Below are positions 25,254 through 34,398 of a stretch of 64,000 nucleotides of DNA, piece after piece. The first letter of the stretch is position 1. Each line of letters begins with the position of its first letter. The stretch comes from an uncultured Candidatus Saccharibacteria bacterium (GTDB taxonomy: Bacteria; Patescibacteriota; CPR2; UBA1875; CAIMLA01), in NCBI GenBank assembly GCA_964501135.1, contig CAZCRI010000001.1, forward strand, positions 192,393 through 256,392, read 5' to 3'. The notes under the pieces are model-generated. The model ran no database searches and was not told the DNA's origin. It saw only the letters and a program-made list of their open reading frames with translations. The position numbers were made by a program, and so were the translations under genes.

Positions 25254-28200
25254 TTGGCCAAAAAGCCACGATTCCTGAAAGCTAGAAGCTATTGCAAGAA
25301 GGCAGTAAGTGCATGTTCTGCTATTTTTGGCTTGGCTATCGTTCGCGCTCTTACCTTCTTTATTGATAGGGCCAGAATCTGGCGGTTTGAGCTGATGTAT
25401 AAACTTCATCTCAAAGTTCGTTCGGTCCATGACAACTTGGTAATTAAGAATGTAATCTATAGAAAAGTCACTGAAAATAGGTATGCCATACCGGTGCGAA
25501 ACGCCTCGGTCTCGGCTTTCCTAGTTTCTCTGCTTCTCTTTACCTCTTTGCAGTACTTGTTGCCACTTCTAAATCCATTTAAGGCGACAGGGGTACAAGC
25601 TGGCAGTACAACTTATAATTGGCCGACAAACTCACCTTTTTCAAGCGCAGTTACCACCCCTAATATGGATTTTTCTACAACACCCAATAGCGCACAGCTT
25701 ACCAGAGGTTTGGATCACTATCTCGAAACCGGTACTGGTACAGATGGTTCTCTGACTGTCTCTAACCCCATGACAGTATGGAGAAATGGCGTTCAAGTCA
25801 CTAACGTTACAAGCTACAACATTAATACAGACAAATCTACTCCTAGTAGGGTTTGTAGTGAAGGCGGAGATGCTGTCAATTATTCTGTGACTGCGATTAC
25901 TCCTACAAGTGCAACACTATTAAATACTCCTGCGGCAAACTGTTTGGCAATGGGTGACGAAATACTACTTATTAATCTTAAGGGTACGCCCACTAATTAT
26001 GCCAATGTAGGTAATTATGAAACTTTTACTATTTCAAGTATATCGAGTAATGTAATAAACTTCTCAAGCGTAAAGACAAAATACTATGGAAATGATGGTG
26101 GTGATGCGAATATAGGCTCCACCATAAATGTCAATCAAATTGTAATGCTGCAAAGAGTACCAAATTATAGTTCTGTAAATGTTACTGGTACGTTAACTGG
26201 TAGCTCCTGGGACATAACTTATAAGAAAAACGGTGTTTTATTCTTTAGAAATACGGGTACAACTACAGTGAGTGGTGTTATCACTATGGATGGCAAAGGG
26301 TATTCTGGAGGTACGGTTGTAAATGGAGGCGAGGGATATAATGGAACTGGCGGTAATGGGGGCATTTATAATAGTGTTGGAAATATTGGTCAAGGCGGCG
26401 GGGGAGGAGGAGGTGGAAATACAAAAGCTGGTGGTCAAGGCACTACTGGATCAGGAGGTGGTGGGGGTGGTATAGGTCAAAATAGTTCCACCTGGTTTGG
26501 CGGCGGCGGCGGCGGTGGTGGCTATGGCACAGTGGGAACAGGTGGTTATTATAGTAATAGAATAGGTTCGCCTGGAAGTGGGAATCAGGGTGGTGCAGGA
26601 GTGTCAAGTAATAGTGGAATTGGCGCCAGTGGCGGTGGCGGAGGAATTTATGGTTCCTCAAGTACATTGAATAGTAAAATCTATTTTGGTTCGGGTGGCG
26701 GTGGAGGAGGAACTAGTGGTACCAGTGGGGGTCCCGGATACCCTGGTGGTTCGGGTGGTGGTATCATTCATATCGGTTCAAACAATATTACTGTTTCTGC
26801 TTCTGGGAATATTTCTGCAAAGGGAAGTAAGGGGGGTGATAATGGCACGGCCTATTGGTATGGTTCAGGAGGCGGGGGCGCTGGTGGGTCAGTTTATTTT
26901 TCTTCAAATTCTGTTAATAATTCTGGTACCGTGTCTGCTTCTGGTGGTACTGGGGGCGTAGGAAGTGCTGCTGCTAGTGCTGGTGGCACCGGTGGTTCAG
27001 GAAGAATTGGGATACAACATATTTCCACATCAACTTTCGGGACAATTTCACCCACCCCTACAAATATACAAATTGGTTCATTCACGGGTGTATACCAATA
27101 TGCGTCAAGCGGCAATATTGGAACGGCAGCAACAGATGCTGGTGGGTTGGTTCTTGATGCTGGTATTGGTAGGGCAATAAAGCCCTTTTCTCTCGATTGG
27201 TCTGCCGATACTACTATTAGCGGACAAAAAATATATTTTAAAGTTAGAACTGCGGCCCAATCTTCGGATCTTCACTCGGCGTCGTGCTATGGACCTGCGG
27301 GTAGTGATCCTACCTGCTCAGACTGGTCTACAGTTGGCACATATTTCTCTCAGGTAAACAGCGATGGTTCTATAACTACAAGCCCGTCTGAATTACCGGG
27401 ATCAATTTTAAGTACAATATTGCCGAATAGATATGTTGAAATATTAGTGTATATGGAGGTCGCAGAACGCTCTAGTAGTCCAGTTTTAACTAATCTTACA
27501 CTTTCCTATGATTCGTTAGATTACCCGTCTTATGACAAGTTATTACTATATAAATCTGATGCTTCTACGGTGCTTAAAAATTCATCTGGCTCAAATATTT
27601 CACTAGGTGCCGCAAATTCTGTTGGTGGGTATAACAATGAGTCGACAGTGGTACTTAAGGCTACAGATCTTACGTGTGGTACTGCTGCAAATGATAATTA
27701 TTGTTCAGGTTCAGTTTCTGGCTCTACATCACGTAAGCCCCAGGTTGAAGTGAGGGAAGTAGGTGCTGCCTTTGATGACACAACACTAGTAGAAGGGGCA
27801 AATTACTTTGCATCCGAAAGCACTTCCACTACCTCTACAGGCGAGCTTCAGTCTGGTCAAGTCTCTATAACAGGACTACAAACAGGCAAGCAATATCATG
27901 TAAGAGTTAGAATAGTAGATGCACAAAGCCGTGTATCTGCTTGGACGGCCTATGGAAATAATGCCGAGAGCGTAGCGGACTTTAGTATAGAACAGGATTC
28001 ACCCACACTGTCGACATTCACGATCAATTCAGGAGCATCCTACTCTAGCTCCTCCAATGTAACGCTAAACATTTCGGCTACCGATTCTGGTGGCTCAGGC
28101 CTTTCTCAAATGCAGTTCTCCAATAACGGAACAGACTGGGGTAAAACCGCTGATATTGACGGCAATATCACTGATACTGGCTGGGCAACTTATGCTACCA

Positions 28201-31200
28201 GTTACTCCTGGAATGTGGCAAAGGGTGTGGTAGATGGAGGTAGTGACACGGCTAGGACTGTGTATGCGAGAGTGAGAGATAATGCTGGGAATGTGAGCGG
28301 AAGGTTACACAACACAAAAGCTGATTTTGAGGGTAGTGGGTATCAAAAAGGCTTAGGAACAATAATAGCCGCAAACGGCACTCTCAGTTTACAAACCTTT
28401 AGCGGCTCGGAATCGGTTTCGTTAACAGGAACAGATGGGACAACTCGGACATATACGGGTGCTTCGGAGGTTAATGTTGGTTGGTCGGGTAGTTGTCCAA
28501 ATATTTCCATTAACATTGGCGGTGCCAGTGCTTACTCTGGGGGCGATGGTTCGGGCGCAACTGGGTGGATGAGTGGATCAACAACAACGGTTAGTTGCTA
28601 TGACGATACAGGTGAAAATAGTGCTTCAATAACCTTTAATATCTCGTTTAGGTCAACTCAGCTTCCTGTTTTTGATACCTATTCTTCACCAACAATAGCC
28701 TTGGGTACAGGGTCAACAGCAACCCAAATCGGTTGGGTTAACACTTCCGTTCCCGGTGATTCCTCGGTGAAATTTAAAGTCGCTACAAAAGACTCGGATA
28801 CCGGTTGGCAGACCTCCGACTTTATCGGCCCCGACGATACCGAAAACACCTTTTACGATATAAGTAGCGGCCAGAATCTTTCAACTCAGCATTTGAATAA
28901 AAGATATTTACGCTACAAAGCATTCTTATATTCGACATCAGATCGACTCCAAACACCTATCTTAGATTCAGTCAGTATTTACCAAGCTTTAGTCGCCACC
29001 ACTATTCTTGATACGCAGACACCTACAGGCACGGTGGCTATACGAGATTCTTCGTCTGGTTACGCCTTGAGCAAGAATGTGACCCTGAATCTTGAACCGA
29101 GTGACGCCGCACCATCATCGGGGCTAAAGGATTTTGCTCTTTCTAATGACGGAATCACTTGGTCCGGTTGGACAAATTGGAGTGAAACTTATCGGGCTGC
29201 AGGTGTGGGATATTCATGGACTTTAGCCGCTGGTGCTGATGGAACTCGAAATGTTTATGTGAAATATCGTGATAATGCTGGAAATGTAGGAGGTGTTAAT
29301 ATACCTGGGGATAATTGGACGCCTGGACAAGCTGAAACAGGGTACGCTACGGAGTTAGTGGGAAAATATGTTTACAATTTTGATGACCAATCATATCCGT
29401 ATCTTAAATGGAAATCGGATAGAGCTGATTGTAGCGGCAATCAATGTAGCAAGACAGCTTACCCTGCTCCTGATAGTTTTAATTCTCAAGCCAATGTACT
29501 TGTAAGTCCTCAGTTTAATCCAGGGGTTACATTTGGGACGGAATACCCAGCGCAGGAGGCTTGTAGTCTGATTGGTGGCCGTTTACCGAAGGTTAATGAA
29601 CTCAGGGCAATTTATGCAGGCAAGGTTGCTGGTCACTATAGTAACCTTGACGATTATTCATATTGGACTGCGACAGAGGTCCCTTGGAGCAGTGGCAATA
29701 GAACTTCGGCCTACTTGGTTCAATTTTATAATAACGGGAATCTTAGTTTCGATGTTAAAGATAGTACTATAGCAAGAACTAGGTGCGTTGCAGACGTTAC
29801 TCCTACAATAGGGGTTTCTGTCACACTTGACGTTTCCGGACCTGCCACCACTCTAAATATCAACCCGGCCACCCCAAATGGTGACAACGCTTGGTATAAA
29901 ATTGGTAAACCTACGGTTGCCTTTTCGTCCTCGGACAGTGCCTCGAAAACCGATAAAACATATTATGAATTTGTAACAACTGGCGCAGCTGCGCCAACGG
30001 TAGGTGCTTACACCAACACCCTAACCAACTCCGGGCAGGTTGACCCATATCAACCGTCTATACCTGTTGGTAATATACCAGAGGGGGATAACACACTGTA
30101 CTGGTATGCCGTAGACAAGGCGGGTAATGTAGAGAGCGTTCATAATCAGCAAATAAAGGTTGATATCCAAACACCTGCCACCACATATGTAATAGATCCT
30201 GAATTACCAAATGGCGACAACAACTGGTATACACTTACGGCGCCTACAATTACACTGAGCAGTAACGATCCCGGCACACCTAATTATTCTGGAGTGGCGA
30301 CACTTTACTACGCCTGGGAAACAGATACCAACCAAGCAGGTTGTACAGCACCGAAGTACTGGGAATCAAATGTAGGACGTTGCTTTAACGTCTACGCGGG
30401 AGCTTTTTCTCCGAATGATGGGAGCCACACACTGTATTATTTTTCGAAGGATAATGCTGGAAATGCCGATGCCGTTACTACAGAACAAATTTCCTACATT
30501 TCTCAGTTACCAAGCGTACCTTCGAATTTTCGGGCACCTGTGGGCGATCCAGAGACGGACGGCTCACACATTAAACTTTATTGGAATGCTTCAAGCTCGG
30601 TATCTGGCATTGTGGCTTATCAAATATTGAGGAAAAGGGAGATTGATAGCTGGGGCCAGCGCGATGCTACAATTGACTTACCGCTTCCGTTGAGTAATAC
30701 GATATACTTAGACTCGAACGAAACAACCACCCCAAATGGCTTGAATATTTTGGAAACTGGGCAACGGTATAACTATAAGATAAGGGCGCGTGATAATGCG
30801 GGGAACTGGGGCTCTTTCTCTACAGATAAACTGGGGTATACTGCAGACTTTATATCTCCGACACCAGTTACTGGAGTTTTGGCGGAAGCCTGTGACGGGA
30901 CACTTTATGACTCTCAAAATAGCCCAAATGGAAAATGTAGCGATATTGGCAACGAAGGGTTTGAGGTCAAGCTTACTTGGAATAGCTCAAACGACACTGG
31001 AGTTGGTATGTCCAAGTATATCATTTATCGTTCTACAACCAATTCGGCAGATGAAGCTGAGTGGCCAGTAGTGGGGGTGTTGGAATACGCTTCTGGGCAG
31101 GAGACCATTTGGTTTGATAATGACACCAATAACGCTGCTACTTTTACTACTGACAAACCTTCTGCTACCCCGATACTGAACGATTCAACCGATTATTATT

Positions 31201-34200
31201 ATCGTATCAGAGCTTTTGATAATACTGAATCAGGAAACCCAACAGCATTATTTCCGTCTGATCCTGGGCTCTTTCTTTCTAACTTTAGCTCTACTACAAC
31301 CCCTGATGTTACTGCACCGACCGTTCCAAGTAATGTTGTTGCTTCACCGCTTGGTCTTGACTCATCGGGCAGCCATCAGAAGGTTCATCTTACTTGGAGT
31401 GAGTCGAAGGATTACAGGCGACGCTCTAGTGATGAGGTAGCAGGGATTGTAAACTATAACGTTTACCAAGCTACCAATCCCGCAGGACCATATACCTTGG
31501 CGAGAACAACATCTGAGATTGTCATTGACCTAGATGGGTTAGATGAATTTACTAACTACTATTATGCAGTGGAATCATATGACAGTGTTCCGAATACCTC
31601 AGCTCGTTCTGACTCCGCTACGGCCCGGACAGCTTCCAACTCGGTACCAACAACTCCGACTGATGTAACAGTGACAACTAAGACGGGTGACCCTGCGACG
31701 GATTCACAGATCGGCCACAAAAACACCATTAGTTTTAATGGGTCTTATGCTAAAAATTGCCTGAACTCAGTTGGTTGTTTGACAAAGTATGAAGTCTATC
31801 GCTCCACGAATAATTATTCTGATTATCAGACATGGCTTACGAATGGAACAAAAATTGCTGAAGTAGCACCAGCTGATCTTCGGGATGACCGCACGGCGAC
31901 AGTACAGAACAATCAGGGTAATGTGGTTAGGAGCGAGCCTTATCAGGTGGTAGATACCGGCCAGATTTATCCGGCAACTTCTGCGAATGGGCTTACCAAC
32001 GCCACTACTTATTACTACAGGGTTTGGGCGCTGGATAATACACCTGATCCAGTAACTGGCGGAGTTTGCCCCGTGACCCTAGTAGGGGTTCAGTGTAATT
32101 ACCATTCACCAATGACGACAGTAGAAGTTGGTACACCACACGCTGGTTGGGACACGACTGCAGATGATGAAGCTCCTGCCTTACCGACCGAACTCAAGGT
32201 GAAGGACATTCATGATGACGGATACGCCTTTAAGCGCAATATTATTACCTGGGCGCGTATCGAAGACCCTCTCAGGAATGGCACGAATGACTTTTATGAA
32301 TACCGAATTTACCGATCAGATGATGGAGTTACTTGGGAACAAATATGTACCGATGGCACCAATCAATACCTGCAAGCAGAATGCGGCCTGCCGAATGAAA
32401 GTCATTACAATCCTCTTTTTAATGCGGATCAAGAACTAGGGCTCGCCACGAACTATTATATGGATTTGATACCAAATTCGTTGGCAAACCAATATTATTA
32501 TTATCACGTAACAGCAGTTGATAATGCTGGATCTAGTTTTCGCTATTCAAACGGCCAGGTGATAAATAAAGTTGGTAATGTGACTTACTCGAACGAGTCT
32601 GAACCTGCAAGAGACGGAAATGGTAACATCGTCTCTGAGTCGCTAAATCCGGCAATCGCAAAGCCTACGATTACAACAACGGGTGCCTTTGCACCAAGGA
32701 TGGTGAATGTAGGAGTCTCCTCGGCGAGTCTTCAGTGGTATGCCGATCAGCCGACAGACTCAGTGGTAGAGTTCAAGGCGGTATCAGATACAGAATGGAT
32801 TACGATAGGTGAGCGAGAGAAAAAGAACCCAGATACACCTCACGTTGTAAATCTTTTCGGTCTTAGACCAGCTACGGAATATGAATATAAACTCATTTCT
32901 AGAAATAGTTTAGGCAACGAGGACGTTCTCGGTGACCGGCAAGAAGAAAAGGTGACGGTCCCGAACTTTACAACCAATTCATTCACAGTCAACTATCAGG
33001 CCGATAAGATAGAGAAGTCCACAGTATCTATTAAGCTTTTCTGGACCACGAATATGCCTGCAAATACAAACATTGTCGAGTATAAGCTTAGCAACGGTGA
33101 CCAGACTGGTTCGACAGCGGAGACGCCAGTGAATCTAGATGCAATACCTAGTAACGGACGAAATTGTGCAGCGACGCCGTCGTTGTGTAATCACACCGTT
33201 ACTCTATCTCCACTCCGCGGAGCTAGTGAGTATACTTTCAAGATAAGGGCGATGTCACTTGATGGGTTCAATACCGAAACCTCTTTTCTTTCGTTTATCA
33301 CTGATAACGCCGATACTAGGCAATTTACGATGGTGCCCTCATCTTCGAACGTAGCTGATCGCAACATCACTGCTACTTCGGCACAGATTGTATGGCAAAC
33401 TGCAGTTCCGACCACGGCAATTGTTCACTTTGGGACTTCTAAATCTGGTCCATATGCTAGCACCGCTACAGACAGCGTCTTTAGCTCCTCACACGTGGTT
33501 GTTCTCGAGGGGTTAACCCCGGGCGAGACATATTACTATTGGGTGGAAGCTAAGGACATCAATAACTTGGTTTACTCTTCTCCGGAATACTCCTTTAAGG
33601 CTGTGCTTAAGCCAAAAATCTCTAACATGCAGCTCAAGAATGTAACACCATACGCCGTAACGATTGCCTGGGACACCAATATTGAGACAGAGACAGTTAT
33701 AAACTGGGGCAAGACAGCTGTTTATGGCGAGAAACGAGGGGTTTCTGGTCTAAGTAAAGTACATCAAGTGGTGATAGACAATCTGGAAGACAATCAGGAA
33801 TATCATTATCAGATCCTGGCTAAGGATGAGACGGGCAATGAAGTTGCAGATACTGACAAGATTGTTCGTACCCCCCTCGACACCGAGGGACCAAAGATTA
33901 CCAATGCCAAGACTGATATTCTCCCTATGGGTGAGAATGACACAACCGCATCAGTGATCATCTCTTGGAATACCAATAAACCAGCTACCACGCTCGTCGA
34001 GTATGATGAAGGTATCATCGGCGGCGGCTATGGTAACAGGTCTGTGGAGGACACTTCGCTAAATACTTCACACACCGTTATCATAAAGAACCTAAAGCCA
34101 GCATCCTCATTTCACTATCGTATGGTCTCTGCTGACAAGCGTAACAACATCACGCAGTCGCAGGACTACACCTTCGTCACACCGACGAAAGAAAAGTCCA

Positions 34201-34304
34201 TCCTACAGCTCATCTTAAAGTCACTCGAGGAAACCTTCGCTTGGACAAAGAACCTCAATCAATTCTTTGGAAATATTGGCAAAAGAATCACTGGTAAAAA
34301 GTAA
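25254..34304 (+). CDS. Giant cell-surface protein 1 (3016 aa, TTG start). It has an N-terminal membrane anchor, a Gly-rich region, Ig-like/Fn3 repeats, a DUF1566/C-type-lectin-like domain and a C-terminal Fn3 (purple-acid-phosphatase-N-like) array
   Basis: GGGAGGG RBS. TM VSAFLVSLLLFTSLQYLLPLL. Poly-Gly tracts (GGGGGGGG). A recurrent DNAGN motif at Ig-like domain ends. A lectin-like ...CSLIGGRLPKVNEL...YWTATE...RCVAD segment near nt 29530-29790. The C-terminal ~730 aa are paralogous to the next gene. Confidence 0.8.
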   Translation: MAKKPRFLKARSYCKKAVSACSAIFGLAIVRALTFFIDRARIWRFELMYKLHLKVRSVHDNLVIKNVIYRKVTENRYAIPVRNASVSAFLVSLLLFTSLQYLLPLLNPFKATGVQAGSTTYNWPTNSPFSSAVTTPNMDFSTTPNSAQLTRGLDHYLETGTGTDGSLTVSNPMTVWRNGVQVTNVTSYNINTDKSTPSRVCSEGGDAVNYSVTAITPTSATLLNTPAANCLAMGDEILLINLKGTPTNYANVGNYETFTISSISSNVINFSSVKTKYYGNDGGDANIGSTINVNQIVMLQRVPNYSSVNVTGTLTGSSWDITYKKNGVLFFRNTGTTTVSGVITMDGKGYSGGTVVNGGEGYNGTGGNGGIYNSVGNIGQGGGGGGGGNTKAGGQGTTGSGGGGGGIGQNSSTWFGGGGGGGGYGTVGTGGYYSNRIGSPGSGNQGGAGVSSNSGIGASGGGGGIYGSSSTLNSKIYFGSGGGGGGTSGTSGGPGYPGGSGGGIIHIGSNNITVSASGNISAKGSKGGDNGTAYWYGSGGGGAGGSVYFSSNSVNNSGTVSASGGTGGVGSAAASAGGTGGSGRIGIQHISTSTFGTISPTPTNIQIGSFTGVYQYASSGNIGTAATDAGGLVLDAGIGRAIKPFSLDWSADTTISGQKIYFKVRTAAQSSDLHSASCYGPAGSDPTCSDWSTVGTYFSQVNSDGSITTSPSELPGSILSTILPNRYVEILVYMEVAERSSSPVLTNLTLSYDSLDYPSYDKLLLYKSDASTVLKNSSGSNISLGAANSVGGYNNESTVVLKATDLTCGTAANDNYCSGSVSGSTSRKPQVEVREVGAAFDDTTLVEGANYFASESTSTTSTGELQSGQVSITGLQTGKQYHVRVRIVDAQSRVSAWTAYGNNAESVADFSIEQDSPTLSTFTINSGASYSSSSNVTLNISATDSGGSGLSQMQFSNNGTDWGKTADIDGNITDTGWATYATSYSWNVAKGVVDGGSDTARTVYARVRDNAGNVSGRLHNTKADFEGSGYQKGLGTIIAANGTLSLQTFSGSESVSLTGTDGTTRTYTGASEVNVGWSGSCPNISINIGGASAYSGGDGSGATGWMSGSTTTVSCYDDTGENSASITFNISFRSTQLPVFDTYSSPTIALGTGSTATQIGWVNTSVPGDSSVKFKVATKDSDTGWQTSDFIGPDDTENTFYDISSGQNLSTQHLNKRYLRYKAFLYSTSDRLQTPILDSVSIYQALVATTILDTQTPTGTVAIRDSSSGYALSKNVTLNLEPSDAAPSSGLKDFALSNDGITWSGWTNWSETYRAAGVGYSWTLAAGADGTRNVYVKYRDNAGNVGGVNIPGDNWTPGQAETGYATELVGKYVYNFDDQSYPYLKWKSDRADCSGNQCSKTAYPAPDSFNSQANVLVSPQFNPGVTFGTEYPAQEACSLIGGRLPKVNELRAIYAGKVAGHYSNLDDYSYWTATEVPWSSGNRTSAYLVQFYNNGNLSFDVKDSTIARTRCVADVTPTIGVSVTLDVSGPATTLNINPATPNGDNAWYKIGKPTVAFSSSDSASKTDKTYYEFVTTGAAAPTVGAYTNTLTNSGQVDPYQPSIPVGNIPEGDNTLYWYAVDKAGNVESVHNQQIKVDIQTPATTYVIDPELPNGDNNWYTLTAPTITLSSNDPGTPNYSGVATLYYAWETDTNQAGCTAPKYWESNVGRCFNVYAGAFSPNDGSHTLYYFSKDNAGNADAVTTEQISYISQLPSVPSNFRAPVGDPETDGSHIKLYWNASSSVSGIVAYQILRKREIDSWGQRDATIDLPLPLSNTIYLDSNETTTPNGLNILETGQRYNYKIRARDNAGNWGSFSTDKLGYTADFISPTPVTGVLAEACDGTLYDSQNSPNGKCSDIGNEGFEVKLTWNSSNDTGVGMSKYIIYRSTTNSADEAEWPVVGVLEYASGQETIWFDNDTNNAATFTTDKPSATPILNDSTDYYYRIRAFDNTESGNPTALFPSDPGLFLSNFSSTTTPDVTAPTVPSNVVASPLGLDSSGSHQKVHLTWSESKDYRRRSSDEVAGIVNYNVYQATNPAGPYTLARTTSEIVIDLDGLDEFTNYYYAVESYDSVPNTSARSDSATARTASNSVPTTPTDVTVTTKTGDPATDSQIGHKNTISFNGSYAKNCLNSVGCLTKYEVYRSTNNYSDYQTWLTNGTKIAEVAPADLRDDRTATVQNNQGNVVRSEPYQVVDTGQIYPATSANGLTNATTYYYRVWALDNTPDPVTGGVCPVTLVGVQCNYHSPMTTVEVGTPHAGWDTTADDEAPALPTELKVKDIHDDGYAFKRNIITWARIEDPLRNGTNDFYEYRIYRSDDGVTWEQICTDGTNQYLQAECGLPNESHYNPLFNADQELGLATNYYMDLIPNSLANQYYYYHVTAVDNAGSSFRYSNGQVINKVGNVTYSNESEPARDGNGNIVSESLNPAIAKPTITTTGAFAPRMVNVGVSSASLQWYADQPTDSVVEFKAVSDTEWITIGEREKKNPDTPHVVNLFGLRPATEYEYKLISRNSLGNEDVLGDRQEEKVTVPNFTTNSFTVNYQADKIEKSTVSIKLFWTTNMPANTNIVEYKLSNGDQTGSTAETPVNLDAIPSNGRNCAATPSLCNHTVTLSPLRGASEYTFKIRAMSLDGFNTETSFLSFITDNADTRQFTMVPSSSNVADRNITATSAQIVWQTAVPTTAIVHFGTSKSGPYASTATDSVFSSSHVVVLEGLTPGETYYYWVEAKDINNLVYSSPEYSFKAVLKPKISNMQLKNVTPYAVTIAWDTNIETETVINWGKTAVYGEKRGVSGLSKVHQVVIDNLEDNQEYHYQILAKDETGNEVADTDKIVRTPLDTEGPKITNAKTDILPMGENDTTASVIISWNTNKPATTLVEYDEGIIGGGYGNRSVEDTSLNTSHTVIIKNLKPASSFHYRMVSADKRNNITQSQDYTFVTPTKEKSILQLILKSLEETFAWTKNLNQFFGNIGKRITGKK

Positions 34305-34327
34305 CAATCAAGAATCTCTAAAATAGA

Positions 34328-34364
34328 GCTAAAACAAGCACGTTTTGTGCTTGTTTTAGCTCGG
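34328..34364 (+). terminator. Terminator hairpin GCTAAAACAAGCAC-gtttt-GTGCTTGTTTTAGC, same core as 25176-25206
   Basis: 14-bp stem plus a T-run. Confidence 0.7.
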
Positions 34365-34398
34365 GCAAAGTATTACAATTTATCTATAACTTGCGAGG

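Noticed and set aside
26380-26720. Gly-rich stretches as collagen-like triple-helix repeats
   Set aside because: The sequence is not Gly-X-Y periodic. It consists of poly-Gly runs and GxGG-type segments.
26238-27115. Several minus-strand and alternative-frame ORFs (for example 26443-26667, 26686-26961, 26894-27115) within the Gly-rich part of giant gene 1
   Set aside because: Low-complexity GGN/CCN repeats give open frames in all phases. They are nested in a 9-kb ORF with consistent coding signal.
33809-34018. Minus-strand 69-aa ORF, with a similar one at 42123-42335, both 'M.PSSYSTSV.AGLLV...'
   Set aside because: The two antisense ORFs look alike only because they are antisense to paralogous segments of the two giant genes. 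They are not independent genes.
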